Below, piece after piece: positions 50,907-61,283 of a stretch of DNA of 64,000 nt. Location: assembly GCA_043821445.1 (NCBI GenBank), contig JBDRCT010000033.1, forward strand, positions 69,391 to 133,390, read 5' to 3'. A program made the position numbers and the translations under genes. The notes beneath the pieces were generated by a model. The model was not told the origin of the DNA and did not search any database. It saw nothing but the letters and a program-made list of their open reading frames with translations. The stretch's first letter is position 1. Every line of letters starts with the position of its first letter. Source of the stretch: Candidatus Omnitrophota bacterium. GTDB lineage: Bacteria > Omnitrophota > Omnitrophia > Omnitrophales > Aquincolibacteriaceae.

Positions 50907-51658
50907 AGAGCCTCGTCGCCTGTTAAATTCATAAGTCCACTTTCCGTAAAAACAACCGTATCTTCGTAATGACTGGCGTTCTTACGATCTTTTGTGACTA
51001 CCGTCCAACCGTCCTCAAGCGTCTCCACTGCATAATGACCTTCCGTCACCATCGGCTCGATCGCAATCACCAATCCCGGTTCGATCTTGGCCCCCCGCCC
51101 GGCTTTCCCGTAATTCGGAACCTGCGGATCCTCGTGAAGCTGCCGTCCGATCCCATGTCCGGCGTAATCACGGACCAGTTGAAATCCTCGCTCTTCAACG
51201 TATCGCTGGATCGTCTCTGAAATATCCCCGATCCGCCAACCCGATTGATACGCCGCCATCGCTGCGTCAAAGGAGCCCTTCGCGGCACGGATCAACGTCT
51301 GTTTTCTCGGATCGGCCACGCCCACCTGCCAGGTCCTTGCCGCATCCGCATAAAACCCGTTCCATTTAACTCCAATATCAAAACTAACAATATCGCCATC
51401 TTTCAAACGACGCGCACCTGGGATTCCGTGCACCACGGCCTCATTGATGGAAATACAAGCTGCCTTCGGGAACCCGCGATAACCCTTGAACGCCGGTTCC
51501 CCGCCATTTTCAACGATCACCTTTTCTGCCGCGCAATCCAAGGCTTCCGTTGTCACGCCTTCAACGATCATGGGTTTCACGACCGAGAATATTTTTTTCA
51601 GGATCTTCCCGGCTTCCAAAATCAGTTGAATTTCACGTTTTGATTTCAACTCGATCAT
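50891..51658 (-). CDS. map: Methionine aminopeptidase
   Basis: VVHGIP, DIG, DAART, GHGIG..LHEDP, IEPM and HYEDTV motifs. Confidence 0.98.
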   Translation of the reverse strand: MIELKSKREIQLILEAGKILKKIFSVVKPMIVEGVTTEALDCAAEKVIVENGGEPAFKGYRGFPKAACISINEAVVHGIPGARRLKDGDIVSFDIGVKWNGFYADAARTWQVGVADPRKQTLIRAAKGSFDAAMAAYQSGWRIGDISETIQRYVEERGFQLVRDYAGHGIGRQLHEDPQVPNYGKAGRGAKIEPGLVIAIEPMVTEGHYAVETLEDGWTVVTKDRKNASHYEDTVVFTESGLMNLTGDEALYPCL

Positions 51659-51664
51659 GCAAAC

Positions 51665-52318
51665 CTAGTGGATCTTTTCAAAGAGCTTTTCTAGGACCTT
51701 CTGGACCGACGGGGCATCGCCCCCTGCCGGAACATCATGGAGCAGCCCCGTTTTGCGATAGAACTCCACGAGCGGCTTCGTCGACTCGTGATAAACCTTA
51801 AGCCTGTGACGGATCGTCTCGGGCTCATCATCCTTGCGGGTCGTTAACTTCTCCCCGTCTACATCGCAAATCCCGTCCTTTTTCGGAGGCATATTGCGAA
51901 CATGATAGATCTTTCCGCACTTGGGGCAACCCCGCCGGCCCGAAAGCCGGTCGACAAGCACTTCTTCCGGCGCCATAAAATTGATCGCAGCCGTCAATGC
52001 GATCTTTTCCTTGGAGAAAAACTTTTCGAGCGCCTCGGCCTGAACAATCGTCCGGGGATACCCATCCAGAATAAAACCCTTGGAACTTTTCAATGCCAAG
52101 ATCTCATCGAATATCATGTCGTTCACAAGTTCGTCAGAAACAAGTTCGCCGCGTTCTATGACGGCCTTTGCCTGCAACCCGAGCGATGTGCCTTCCTTAA
52201 CATTCTTCCTTAAAATATCTCCTGCGGCCAACTGCAGCACACCATATTTTTCACAAATCACCTTGGCATGGGTGCCTTTTCCGGCTCCCGGAGGCCCCAA
52301 GAAGATCAGATTCATCAA
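51665..52318 (-). CDS. adk: Adenylate kinase
   Basis: GPPGAGKGT, LDGYPRT, zinc LID and RKDD motifs. Confidence 0.98.
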   Translation of the reverse strand: MMNLIFLGPPGAGKGTHAKVICEKYGVLQLAAGDILRKNVKEGTSLGLQAKAVIERGELVSDELVNDMIFDEILALKSSKGFILDGYPRTIVQAEALEKFFSKEKIALTAAINFMAPEEVLVDRLSGRRGCPKCGKIYHVRNMPPKKDGICDVDGEKLTTRKDDEPETIRHRLKVYHESTKPLVEFYRKTGLLHDVPAGGDAPSVQKVLEKLFEKIH

Positions 52319-53664
52319 CGGCGCCCCTTCAAACGGCCCCGTTTAATGAACCCATCATAATGTCGCATCACCAGCTGAGACTCGATGGATTTCATCACAT
52401 CCAGCACCACGCCGACAATGATAAGAAGCCCGGTGCCGCCGAAAAAACTCGCGATCAGGAACGGGATATTCAACACATGCGGTGACGAGACGATCTTTGG
52501 AAAAAGTGCGATCAAAGCCAGGATCAAGGCTCCCGCCGTCGCGATCCTCGTCATCAGATAATCTAGATATTCCGCCGTGTTTTTTCCCGGTCGGATCCCC
52601 GGCACGAAACCGCCATATTTCTGGAGATTGTCGCTTACTTCGATCGGGTTAAATGTGATGGCCGTATAAAAAAAAGTAAAAAATATGATCAAAATGGCAT
52701 CCAGGGCCATATAGCCCCCGCTTCCGTAACTGATCGCCTGGGCAATCCTTGTGAAAGCTCCGGCATTCGGAAAAAAACCCGCGATCGTAGCCGGAAATAG
52801 AATGACCGACTGAGCAAAAATGATCGGGATCACACCCGCCTGGTTCACTTTGAGCGGCAAATACGTGCTCTGCCCGCCGTAAGTCCTGTGCCCCCGGATC
52901 TGTTTTGCATACTGGACAGGGATCTTTCGCTGCCCCTGAATGATCAAGATCAGAAAGATCACCGCGCCCACGAAAAGCCCGCACATAACCACAAATTTCC
53001 ACCATGCAAGTTGCTGACGCGACGGATCGAGCGGCGAAAGCAGGACCCATGTCTGGCGCAATGCTTCCGGCAGGGAGTCGATGATGCCCGCGGTAATGAT
53101 GACCGACATACCGTTGCCAATACCATAATTATCGATCTGCTCGCCGAGCCACATGATGAATGCTGTGCCTGTAGTCATGGTCAGCATACACATCAAACGG
53201 AAACCCCAACCCGGATCCGGCACGATCACCGATCCCCCGAAAGCTGCCGGGTTTTCAAGCCAAAGAGCGATAAAGAATGTCTGCAAGATACTCAGGACGA
53301 TCGTCCCGTAGCGTGTGTATTGGATGATCTTCTTGCGGCCTTCCTCGCCTTCCTTCGCGAGTTTCTCGAGAGCCGGTATCACCACGGTCAAAAGCTGTAA
53401 AATGATCGATGCCGAAATATAAGGCATGATCCCCAACGCGAAGATCGTCGCTTTCTGGAGTGCGCCTCCGGTGAACATCCCCATAAAACCCAGGAGTGAT
53501 CCGCCGGACATATGCTGCTGGAAAAATCGCGCGAGCGCAACGCCGTCGATCCCGGGTGTCGGCACATAAGTCCCTATTCGATACACGGCGATGATGCCGA
53601 GCGTAAATAGGATCTTTTTTCGCAAATCGGGGACTTTTAAGATATTTCCGAACGCTTGTAGCAC
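52315..53664 (-). CDS. secY: Preprotein translocase SecY
   Basis: LGIMPYISASII, GIGNG, AGVIPIIFA, PGIRPG and GGTGLLIIVGV motifs. Confidence 0.99.
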   Translation of the reverse strand: MLQAFGNILKVPDLRKKILFTLGIIAVYRIGTYVPTPGIDGVALARFFQQHMSGGSLLGFMGMFTGGALQKATIFALGIMPYISASIILQLLTVVIPALEKLAKEGEEGRKKIIQYTRYGTIVLSILQTFFIALWLENPAAFGGSVIVPDPGWGFRLMCMLTMTTGTAFIMWLGEQIDNYGIGNGMSVIITAGIIDSLPEALRQTWVLLSPLDPSRQQLAWWKFVVMCGLFVGAVIFLILIIQGQRKIPVQYAKQIRGHRTYGGQSTYLPLKVNQAGVIPIIFAQSVILFPATIAGFFPNAGAFTRIAQAISYGSGGYMALDAILIIFFTFFYTAITFNPIEVSDNLQKYGGFVPGIRPGKNTAEYLDYLMTRIATAGALILALIALFPKIVSSPHVLNIPFLIASFFGGTGLLIIVGVVLDVMKSIESQLVMRHYDGFIKRGRLKGRR

Positions 53665-53676
53665 CAGAACTCCGTT

Positions 53677-53758
53677 CTTGCACTGTGTTCTATTTAATTT
53701 TAAAGGTTCACAGTGCTAGTACCGTGCACCCTTAAAAATTAATCTGACACGGTGCTTG
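53677..53758. mobile_element. Double-hairpin element, copy 7 (rplO-secY spacer)
   Basis: CTTG|cactgtg..35..cacagtg|CTAG|taccgtg..35..cacggtg|CTTG. Confidence 0.88.
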
Positions 53759-53762
53759 TTAT

Positions 53763-54194
53763 TTATTTTCCGAGCAGAATGGCTTGACCGCCCTTAGACT
53801 CGATCTTGATCTTCGCGGAACCGCTGAAAAGATGGGCCTTCACGGTGACGGCTTTCTTAAGCTCCCCGGATCCGAGGATCTTCAATCCGTCACGTAGTTC
53901 TTTAATGACATTTTTAGCGAGCAATAATTCCGGCGTGATCTCTTTATCTTCAAGCTTTGCCAACGTCTGAAGATTCACAATCGCATAAACCTTTTTGAAC
54001 GCACTGCGATTAAAACCCCTCTTCGGAAGACGGCGATAAAGAGGATTCTGTCCGCCTTCAAACCCCGGATTCAAAGTAAAGCCCGAACGGGCCCTCTGTC
54101 CTTTGTGCCCCTTGGTCGAGGTTTTCCCATGCCCGGAACCGATCCCGCATCCTAAACGTTTTTTACGCTTTTTATAAGGAGTCTTGTGTCTCAT
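53763..54194 (-). CDS. rplO: 50S ribosomal protein L15
   Basis: [15 protein letters not shown] and [17 protein letters not shown] motifs. Confidence 0.98.
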   Translation of the reverse strand: MRHKTPYKKRKKRLGCGIGSGHGKTSTKGHKGQRARSGFTLNPGFEGGQNPLYRRLPKRGFNRSAFKKVYAIVNLQTLAKLEDKEITPELLLAKNVIKELRDGLKILGSGELKKAVTVKAHLFSGSAKIKIESKGGQAILLGK

Positions 54195-54760
54195 GAGACT
54201 TTTTCACCTTCTAAGTCATAACGAACCTTGCGGTCCACAAGCGCGGTCAGCCCGTCAATCGTGGCTTTCAAAACATTAATGGAATTATCGCTGCCAAGGC
54301 TCTTCGTTAAAATATCCTTAATCCCGCAGGCCTCGCACGCCGCACGCACCGAACCACCAGCGATGATCCCCGTACCGGGAGAGGCAGGCTTCAAAAGAAC
54401 TTTCGCCGCACCGTAGCGCCCGATCACCTCGTGAGGGATCGTTGTTCCTTTGAGCGTGACCTTAATGATGTTCTTGCGGGCCGCGACAAGCGCCTTGCGG
54501 ATCGCATCCGCGACCTCGTTGGCCTTGCCCTGAGAATACCCCAGCTGAGCGGTGCCGTTACCCACCACCACCAACGCGCTGAATGAAAAACGTTTTCCGC
54601 CTTTCACGACCTTGGCACAGCGGTTCACCTGAATGACCTTTTCGTAGGTCGTCGAACCATCCGCCGATAGGGTGGGAGTTCGGGAAGACCGCGAGGGGGA
54701 TTGAGGAGCCCTCGGACCCGCTTTATGCTGTGTTTTCGGCGCTGCAGCTGTTTTTTCCAT
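54191..54760 (-). CDS. rpsE: 30S ribosomal protein S5
   Basis: [11 protein letters not shown] and [12 protein letters not shown] motifs. Confidence 0.98.
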   Translation of the reverse strand: MEKTAAAPKTQHKAGPRAPQSPSRSSRTPTLSADGSTTYEKVIQVNRCAKVVKGGKRFSFSALVVVGNGTAQLGYSQGKANEVADAIRKALVAARKNIIKVTLKGTTIPHEVIGRYGAAKVLLKPASPGTGIIAGGSVRAACEACGIKDILTKSLGSDNSINVLKATIDGLTALVDRKVRYDLEGEKVS

Positions 54761-54781
54761 GCTGAGTGGATTTCCTTTCGG

Positions 54782-54823
54782 TTTACCTCGTTTTACGAGG
54801 TGAACCCCGTTCTACGGGGCAAG
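54782..54823. repeat. Tandem minimal CCCCGT..ACGGGG units
   Basis: TTTA|CCTCGT-TTT-ACGAGG|TGAA|CCCCGT-TCT-ACGGGG|CAAG. Confidence 0.75.
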
Positions 54824-54827
54824 CTCT

Positions 54828-55190
54828 TTAAAATTGAATGCCGTTCTTACGGATCGCTTCAGCTAAGGCCTTCACACGACCATGGTAAAGATACCCGCCG
54901 CGATCAAACGATATTTTCCCCACACCTTTTTTCTTAAGCTCCTCGGCGAAAAGTTGCCCCAACTGTTCGGAGATGTGGATCTTTCCCTTCTTGGTGGTTG
55001 CTTTCACAATTTTTTTATCCAAAGAAGATAGCGAGGCAAGCGTTTTCTGGGAAATATCATCAATGGCTTGCACGAAAATATTTTTCAGGGAGCGATGTAC
55101 GACCACCCGCGGCCTCTCGGCCGACCCGATGACCTTTTTTCGGACCCGGCGATGCCTTTGGATCCTTCCCCATTCTTTTTCCTGGACCAT
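54828..55190 (-). CDS. rplR: 50S ribosomal protein L18
   Basis: ERPRVVVHRS and FDRGGYLYHGRV motifs. Confidence 0.98.
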   Translation of the reverse strand: MVQEKEWGRIQRHRRVRKKVIGSAERPRVVVHRSLKNIFVQAIDDISQKTLASLSSLDKKIVKATTKKGKIHISEQLGQLFAEELKKKGVGKISFDRGGYLYHGRVKALAEAIRKNGIQF

Positions 55191-55205
55191 AAATTCTAAA
55201 CTCCC

Positions 55206-55742
55206 CTAACTGACCGTTTTACCCTGTTTGCGACGCACATGCTCGTCAAGGTAGCGGATACCCTTCCCCTTGTACGGTTCGGGCTTCATAAAACTGCGGA
55301 TCTCGGCGGCCGTCTGCCCAACACGTTGCTTGTCGGCCCCTGCAATGATGATCGAGGTCGGCTTCGGACATTTAATCTCCACATCCTTACCAAACGGATA
55401 ATCGATCGGGTGCGTGAATCCGAGTGACAGAGTCAACACGCTATCCTTCACGGAAGCCTTCATGCCAACACCCACGATCTCGAGCTCCTTTGCATAGCCT
55501 TGCGTCACACCCGTCACCATATTCTGGATCAAACTGCGCGTCAGACCATGGAGCGCACGATCCGTACGGATATCCGTGGGACGGGTAACCTTGACCTCCG
55601 CCCCTTCGACCTTGACCGTGATACGAGGATGAACGCTCAAAGTAAGTTCACCCTTAGGCCCTTGGACTTTCAAGACCGTACCCTGGACCGCAACTTTCAC
55701 TTTTTCAGGGATCGTAACTGGCTTTCTTCCAATGCGTGACAT
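55206..55742 (-). CDS. rplF: 50S ribosomal protein L6
   Basis: MSRIGRKP and PEPYKGKGIRY motifs. Confidence 0.99.
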   Translation of the reverse strand: MSRIGRKPVTIPEKVKVAVQGTVLKVQGPKGELTLSVHPRITVKVEGAEVKVTRPTDIRTDRALHGLTRSLIQNMVTGVTQGYAKELEIVGVGMKASVKDSVLTLSLGFTHPIDYPFGKDVEIKCPKPTSIIIAGADKQRVGQTAAEIRSFMKPEPYKGKGIRYLDEHVRRKQGKTVS

Positions 55743-55773
55743 AATTCCCTTTGATTATCCGCTTAATGGATTA

Positions 55774-56175
55774 TTACCAAACCGTGCAAAGAATTTCACC
55801 GCCGGCCTTGGCCTCACGGGCCTGCCGTCCGGTTAAAACGCCCTTGGGAGTTGAAAGGATCGCTACTCCGAATCCCCCGAGAACCTTGGGGATCTCCTGA
55901 TATCCGACATAGCGGCGTAACCCCGGCGTGGAGACGCGCTTCAGCCCCTGGATCGCCGCTTTCTTGCCCCCAGAGAGATATTTCAGATGGATGCGCACAA
56001 AATTTTTGTTCCCATCATTGAACGGTTTTACGTTCTCGATGAAACCCTCTTTCTTCAAAAGTTCCGCGATCCGTACCGTGATCACAGAAGCCGGGGCGGT
56101 CAATTTCTCCTTATGCGCCTTCGAGGCGTTCCGGATGGACGTTAAAAAATCTCCGATAAAATCATAGCGCGACAT
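55774..56175 (-). CDS. rpsH: 30S ribosomal protein S8
   Basis: DFLTSIRNA, RVSTPGLRRY and STPKG motifs. Confidence 0.98.
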   Translation of the reverse strand: MSRYDFIGDFLTSIRNASKAHKEKLTAPASVITVRIAELLKKEGFIENVKPFNDGNKNFVRIHLKYLSGGKKAAIQGLKRVSTPGLRRYVGYQEIPKVLGGFGVAILSTPKGVLTGRQAREAKAGGEILCTVW

Positions 56176-56193
56176 GAAAACATTTCCTCCTGA

Positions 56194-56379
56194 TTACCAG
56201 CTGGATTTGACCACGCCCGGAAGCATGCCCGTGTTGGCCAACTCCCGGAAACAGATGCGGCAGATAGAGAATTTCCGGATATAGCCGCGCGGACGTCCGC
56301 ACCGCTGGCAGCGGTTGTATTTTCTGACCTTGAATTTCGGTTCCAATCTCTGCTTAACGATCAAACAAGTTTTTGCCAT
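56194..56379 (-). CDS. rpsN: 30S ribosomal protein S14, zinc-binding type
   Basis: 61 aa; [10 protein letters not shown] and CRICFRE motifs. Confidence 0.98.
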   Translation of the reverse strand: MAKTCLIVKQRLEPKFKVRKYNRCQRCGRPRGYIRKFSICRICFRELANTGMLPGVVKSSW

Positions 56380-56389
56380 TTGAAATCCC

Positions 56390-56950
56390 TTATTTCCTGA
56401 AAGGAAAGCCCAAAAGCTCCAGGAGCCGCTTTCCCTCTTTGCTGTTCTCGGCCGTGGTCACAAACGTGATGTCCATGCCTTGGGTCTTTTTCATCTTATC
56501 AAATTCCACTTCCGCGAAGATCGTCTGCTCGGTGAGCCCAATCGTGAAATTCCCGCGTTGGTCGAAGCTTTTATCCAAAAATCCGCGGAAGTCACGGATA
56601 CGCGGCATGGCAAAGTTAAAAAGACGGTCCATGAATTCGTACATGCGGCTCTTCCGGAGCGTCACTTTCAATCCGATCGGCGACCCTTGGCGAAGTTTAA
56701 AAGCCGAAATGGACTTCTTCGCGCGCGTCACCACCGGTCTTTGTCCGACGATACGCGAAAGCTCGATCGCGAGCTGATCCAAGATCTTAATATCCTCCTG
56801 GCCTTCTTTCACGCCCATATTGACCACGATCTTCTCCACCCGCGGCGCCTGCATGGGGTTCTTATAGCCGAACTCCTCGAGAAGTGTCGGCACGACCTCC
56901 GTGCGGTATTTCTCAAGTAGTCTTGGGGCTACGGTGACTTTTTGATTCAT
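56390..56950 (-). CDS. rplE: 50S ribosomal protein L5
   Basis: [13 protein letters not shown] and PRIRDFRG motifs. Confidence 0.99.
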   Translation of the reverse strand: MNQKVTVAPRLLEKYRTEVVPTLLEEFGYKNPMQAPRVEKIVVNMGVKEGQEDIKILDQLAIELSRIVGQRPVVTRAKKSISAFKLRQGSPIGLKVTLRKSRMYEFMDRLFNFAMPRIRDFRGFLDKSFDQRGNFTIGLTEQTIFAEVEFDKMKKTQGMDITFVTTAENSKEGKRLLELLGFPFRK

Positions 56951-56955
56951 GATAT

Positions 56956-57264
56956 TTATAAAACCTCGCCTGATGCTTTAACCATACGGTGCTTGGTCCC
57001 ATCCGCGAGGATGGAATACCCCACGCGGGAAGGCTTGCCGCTACGCGGACAAATAAGCTTGACGTTCGAAACATGGAGCTTCCCTTCCATCTTCGTGATC
57101 CCACCCTTCGGATTTTCCTGGCTCTTGCGTAGATAGCACGTCCGATAATTGATCTTTTCGATCAAAAGCTTCCCCTCTTTCGGGAATGCGCGCATCACGC
57201 GCCCTTTTTTCCCGCTGTCTTTCCCCTTGGTCACCATCACTTCATCGCCTTTACGTATCTTCAT
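56956..57264 (-). CDS. rplX: 50S ribosomal protein L24
   Basis: KIRKGDEVMVTKGKDSGK and HVSNV motifs. Confidence 0.97.
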   Translation of the reverse strand: MKIRKGDEVMVTKGKDSGKKGRVMRAFPKEGKLLIEKINYRTCYLRKSQENPKGGITKMEGKLHVSNVKLICPRSGKPSRVGYSILADGTKHRMVKASGEVL

Positions 57265-57267
57265 AAC

Positions 57268-57636
57268 TTAAACGACCTCCGGCGCGAGCGAGATGATCTT
57301 GGAGAAATCACAATCACGGAGCTCACGGGCCACGGGGCCAAAAATGCGCGTCCCGCGCGGGTTCTTCTGATTATCGATCAACACAATGGCATTTGACGAA
57401 AATTTCACGGAAGAGCCGTCCTTGCGCCGGATCGGGGATTTTGTCCTCACGACCACCGCCCTCACGACCTCTCCTTTTTTGACCGCCCCGCTCGGAAGCG
57501 CTTCCTTCACGGACGCGGTAATAATATCTCCCACTTCAGCGGAACGCTTGCTGTGACGGCCGATCACACCAATCATGGCCGCTTTTTTTGCGCCGCTATT
57601 ATCGGCGATCTCGAGAACGCTTCGCATCTGGATCAT
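57268..57636 (-). CDS. rplN: 50S ribosomal protein L14
   Basis: ADNSGAK and [12 protein letters not shown]; start moved to ATG 57636. Confidence 0.99.
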   Translation of the reverse strand: MIQMRSVLEIADNSGAKKAAMIGVIGRHSKRSAEVGDIITASVKEALPSGAVKKGEVVRAVVVRTKSPIRRKDGSSVKFSSNAIVLIDNQKNPRGTRIFGPVARELRDCDFSKIISLAPEVV

Positions 57637-57896
57637 GACGGCAGCACCTTCACGAGACGCCAACGTTTGGTCTTGGAAAGCGGCCGGGTCTCGACGATCT
57701 GGACGCGGCTCCCTTCTTTGGCCTCGTTCTTCTCATCATGCGCGAAATATTTGACGTGCCGCTTGATGATCTTCTTGAATTTAGAATGCTTTAACAGGCG
57801 GGTGACAAGCACCGTGATGGTCTTGTTCATCTTTGAACTGACGACCACGCCCTCACGAACTCGCTTACTTTGAGCTTCAGGCCCGTTCTCGGTCAT
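57633..57896 (-). CDS. rpsQ: 30S ribosomal protein S17
   Basis: [15 protein letters not shown] and [11 protein letters not shown] motifs. Confidence 0.98.
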   Translation of the reverse strand: MTENGPEAQSKRVREGVVVSSKMNKTITVLVTRLLKHSKFKKIIKRHVKYFAHDEKNEAKEGSRVQIVETRPLSKTKRWRLVKVLPS

Positions 57897-58099
57897 GACT
57901 TTTTCTCGCCTTTCTTCTTTTCGGTGATCACGGTCTTGACGCGTGCGATGTCGCGCTTGGCTTCCTTCAGCGCGGACTGTCGTTCGAGCTTGCCGGTCTT
58001 ATGCTGGAACCGGAGCTGCATCAAACCCTTTTTCAAAACGTTGACCTTCTCGTTTAATTCCTCAATGCTGAGTTCTTTTAATTCCGTGACTTTCAACAT
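57893..58099 (-). CDS. rpmC: 50S ribosomal protein L29
   Basis: LRFQ..TGKL and RDIARVKT motifs. Confidence 0.97.
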   Translation of the reverse strand: MLKVTELKELSIEELNEKVNVLKKGLMQLRFQHKTGKLERQSALKEAKRDIARVKTVITEKKKGEKKS

Positions 58100-58100
58100 A

Positions 58101-58520
58101 TTAAGTTGCTGCCTCGCGTTTCACGAATTTGGTACGGAACGGGATCTTATGGGCGCAAAGCCTCATGGCTGAACGAGCCATCTCTTCCGGAACACCCCCC
58201 ATTTCAAAAAGGATCTTGCCGGGCTTAATGACCGCAACGTAATGCGAAGGAGCAGCTTTTCCTTTGCCCATGCGGGTCTCGGCAGGCTTCTTGGAGACCG
58301 ATTTGTCCGGGAAAACGCGCAACCAGATCTTGCCGCCGCGTTTGACGTGACGCGTCAGAGCTACACGGGCCGCTTCGATCTGGACTCCTGTCAGCCAATG
58401 GCAGGCAAGGGCTTTCAGGCCGAACTCTCCGAACGACAAATTACTGCCTCGCGTGGCGATCCCGCGCATCCAACCGCGCTGCTGCTTGCGAAATTTAACC
58501 CTCTTAGGCTGTAGGGGCAT
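58101..58520 (-). CDS. rplP: 50S ribosomal protein L16
   Basis: [18 protein letters not shown] and ETRMGKGK; start moved to ATG 58520. Confidence 0.98.
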   Translation of the reverse strand: MPLQPKRVKFRKQQRGWMRGIATRGSNLSFGEFGLKALACHWLTGVQIEAARVALTRHVKRGGKIWLRVFPDKSVSKKPAETRMGKGKAAPSHYVAVIKPGKILFEMGGVPEEMARSAMRLCAHKIPFRTKFVKREAAT

Positions 58521-59289
58521 CGCTCTTATTCTCCTGTGTCCCGCTATGCTGGGACGCTTCCGAAGCAGGCTTGGCCGCTTCCACAACTTCTGTTTTGGGG
58601 ATCTCTTCTTCAGCGACCTTAAATTTTTTCTCGAGCTCGAGCTTCTGAGCTTCCTGCTCTTTTTTCACGAGCACATCCCCCTTGTAGATCCAGGTCTTGC
58701 AACCAATGGTTCCATAGGTGGTAAAGGCTTCGGCAAAACCGTAATCGATATCCGCGCGGAAAGTGCTGAGCGGAACTTTTCCTTCATGATATTTTTCTTC
58801 GCGAGCGATCTCCGCGCCGCCGAGACGGCCCTTGCACTGCACTTTGATTCCAAGCGCACCCTTCTGCATCGCAAGCTGGATGGATTTTTTCATTGCGCGC
58901 CGGAACCCGATGCGCTTTTCAAGCTGCAGCACGATATTCTCGGCCACAAGTTGCGCGTCGATCTGAGGCATCTTCACTTCCTTGATATCCAGGAACACCT
59001 CGTTCTTCGTCAGTGCCGCAAGGTCCTCTTTGATCTTATCGATCTCTTGACCGCGCCGCCCGATAATAACACCGGGCTTGGCCGCGAAAATACGAATACG
59101 GCACCGATTCGACGCCCGGTCGATCTCGATCGAAGAAATACCGGCGATCGCCAGCTTTTTCTTCAAATAGGCACGGATCTTGAGGTCCTCCATGAGAATA
59201 GTCCCGGCGTCACGCTTAGCGAACCAACGCGCTTTCCAGGGCTTGATGTACCCAAGCCTCAAACCGTAAGGATGAACTTTCTGACCCAA
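58504..59289 (-). CDS. rpsC: 30S ribosomal protein S3
   Basis: [21 protein letters not shown] and [10 protein letters not shown]; TTG start. Confidence 0.98.
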   Translation of the reverse strand: MGQKVHPYGLRLGYIKPWKARWFAKRDAGTILMEDLKIRAYLKKKLAIAGISSIEIDRASNRCRIRIFAAKPGVIIGRRGQEIDKIKEDLAALTKNEVFLDIKEVKMPQIDAQLVAENIVLQLEKRIGFRRAMKKSIQLAMQKGALGIKVQCKGRLGGAEIAREEKYHEGKVPLSTFRADIDYGFAEAFTTYGTIGCKTWIYKGDVLVKKEQEAQKLELEKKFKVAEEEIPKTEVVEAAKPASEASQHSGTQENKSDAPTA

Positions 59290-59315
59290 AATAACCTCCC
59301 TTATGCCTTCGTTCT

Positions 59316-59396
59316 TTTATACTGTTCCCAATTAAATTTTAAGGGTTAACAGTATTATGCCGCATACCCTTAAATTTAAATGTGATGCGGCATTAA
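59316..59396. mobile_element. Double-hairpin element, copy 8 (rplV-rpsC spacer, TTA cores)
   Basis: TTTA|tactgtt..35..aacagta|TTA|tgccgca..35..tgcggca|TTAA; AAGGGTT..TACCCTT symmetric about the centre. Confidence 0.85.
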
Positions 59397-59842
59397 GCCG
59401 CCGCGGCGGTTTTTTTCTTGTTCTTCGCTTTCGCGTCTTCCGGCGATCTTCCGCCCCAAAACTTGATTCCTTCGCGGACTTCCACGGTCAGGTGGGTGGT
59501 CCGTTTGAGAATTTTATCCGCACGCCCCATAGAACGGGTCAGAAACCGTTTGAATACCGGCCCCCCATCCGCACGCACGTTCGATACATAAAGACGGTTT
59601 TCATTCAATCCCAGATTCTTGGCGTTCGAGATGGCGCTTTTCAAAGTCTTGACCGCCATCTTAGCGCCCTTCTTTTTAAGAAGCATCAGAATCCCGACCG
59701 CTTCCTGGGCCGGTTGCCTCCGGATTGTATCGATCACAAGACGCATCTTTCGCGGCGCGATCCTTAAGTGCTTCGTAAGCGCTCTGACGACGCGCGGCGA
59801 CGGCGCTACATCTACTTTTGATTTTTTTTCGTCCTTGGCCAT
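59393..59842 (-). CDS. rplV: 50S ribosomal protein L22
   Basis: RIAPRKMRLV, SAISNA and RSMGRA..KRTTH motifs. Confidence 0.98.
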   Translation of the reverse strand: MAKDEKKSKVDVAPSPRVVRALTKHLRIAPRKMRLVIDTIRRQPAQEAVGILMLLKKKGAKMAVKTLKSAISNAKNLGLNENRLYVSNVRADGGPVFKRFLTRSMGRADKILKRTTHLTVEVREGIKFWGGRSPEDAKAKNKKKTAAAA

Positions 59843-59856
59843 GATGTTCTTTCAGA

Positions 59857-60156
59857 TCAGGTTGTTGAGCCGGCGGCAAGAGCTTTTGCCTTATCGCCCG
59901 AAGCGCTGTGTTTCCTGAACGTTCGTGTCGGAGAGAATTCCCCGACCTTGTGTCCGACCATATTCTCGGTCACGAACACATTAATAAAATTTTTTCCGTT
60001 ATGGACCGACAGCGTAACGCCGATGAACTCCGGCGTGATCGTCGAGCATCGCGACCAGGTTTTGATGGGACGGCGATCTTTTTTTTGATTCGCTGTTTGG
60101 ACCTTACCTAAAAGCCTGTCGTCAACGTAGACGCCTTTTTTTGCTGAACGGCTCAT
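59857..60156 (-). CDS. rpsS: 30S ribosomal protein S19
   Basis: KTWSR, HNGK and [11 protein letters not shown] motifs. Confidence 0.99.
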   Translation of the reverse strand: MSRSAKKGVYVDDRLLGKVQTANQKKDRRPIKTWSRCSTITPEFIGVTLSVHNGKNFINVFVTENMVGHKVGEFSPTRTFRKHSASGDKAKALAAGSTT

Positions 60157-60980
60157 TTTCTGCGATCCTTCACGATGTATTTGTTCGATGCTTTATACCG
60201 GCTCCGCGTCTTGAAACCCTTGGACTTTTGCCCCGTCGGACTCTGCGGATGATTCCCGCCCTTCGATTTACCTTCACCGCCGCCAAGCGGATGGTCGACA
60301 GGGTTGCGCGCAACGCCGCGCGAAACGGGACGCCGCCCAAGCCAGCGAGCCCGGCCGGCTTTCCCGAGAATAATATTTTCATGATCGATATTGGAGCACT
60401 GCCCGATCGTTGCGTACGACTTCGCCGGGACAAGCCTCACTTCCCCGGAGGGAAGCTTGATATGCGCCATATCATTTTCTTTTGCGAGGATCTGCGCCAC
60501 CACACCGCCAGCACGCGCCAGCTTGCCTCCCAAACCGGGACGGAGCTCGATGTTGTGGATCATGGAACCTTCCGGGATCTTCTCAAGCGGCAGATGATTC
60601 CCGATTTTCACTTCCACATCCGGCCCACTCACCACTTTTTCACCGACTTTGAGACCGTCCGGACAAAGAATGTAACTCTTGAGCCCGTCCGCGTACTCCA
60701 CAAGCGCGATGCGAGCACTACGGTTTGGATCATATTCCACGGTCAAAACCGTCGCCTCAACGCCCATGCGATTCCTTCTAAAATCGATCGAACGGATGCG
60801 ACGCTTGTGCCCGCCTCCTATACGCCGCGAAGTAATATGACCATGGTTGTTGCGCCCGCCCGAGCCCTTTTTAATATAGGTCAAAGGCTTATATGGCTTA
60901 TCCTTGGTGATCTCGGCAAAGTCAGAGACATTCCCGTATCGCCGTGTCGGTGTTGTGGGTTTGAATTTAATGAGTCCCAT
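60153..60980 (-). CDS. rplB: 50S ribosomal protein L2
   Basis: [20 protein letters not shown] and [12 protein letters not shown] motifs. Confidence 0.99.
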   Translation of the reverse strand: MGLIKFKPTTPTRRYGNVSDFAEITKDKPYKPLTYIKKGSGGRNNHGHITSRRIGGGHKRRIRSIDFRRNRMGVEATVLTVEYDPNRSARIALVEYADGLKSYILCPDGLKVGEKVVSGPDVEVKIGNHLPLEKIPEGSMIHNIELRPGLGGKLARAGGVVAQILAKENDMAHIKLPSGEVRLVPAKSYATIGQCSNIDHENIILGKAGRARWLGRRPVSRGVARNPVDHPLGGGEGKSKGGNHPQSPTGQKSKGFKTRSRYKASNKYIVKDRRK

Positions 60981-60995
60981 AGATCCTTTTCTTTT

Positions 60996-61283
60996 TTATT
61001 TCGTCAGGTCGATCTTTTCGCCCTTTTTCAGGGTCACAATAGCTTTTTTCCAAGCCACCGTCTGCCCGGGAACATGCCGCACACGGCGCCATTTCCCGGA
61101 AACGTTCATCGTATTCACGCTTTCCACATGCACGGCAAAGATCTTCTCGATGGCCGCTTTTACTTCCTTTTTATTGGCTTGCGGATGCACGCGAAAACCA
61201 TACTGGCTCGCAACCTCGGCGGCCTTGGAAAGCTTCTCGGTGATGAGCGGCTCGATCACAACATCATAAAGATTAAGCTTCAT
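60996..61283 (-). CDS. rplW: 50S ribosomal protein L23
   Basis: PLITEK, ANKKEVKAAIE and WKKAIVTL motifs. Confidence 0.98.
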   Translation of the reverse strand: MKLNLYDVVIEPLITEKLSKAAEVASQYGFRVHPQANKKEVKAAIEKIFAVHVESVNTMNVSGKWRRVRHVPGQTVAWKKAIVTLKKGEKIDLTK

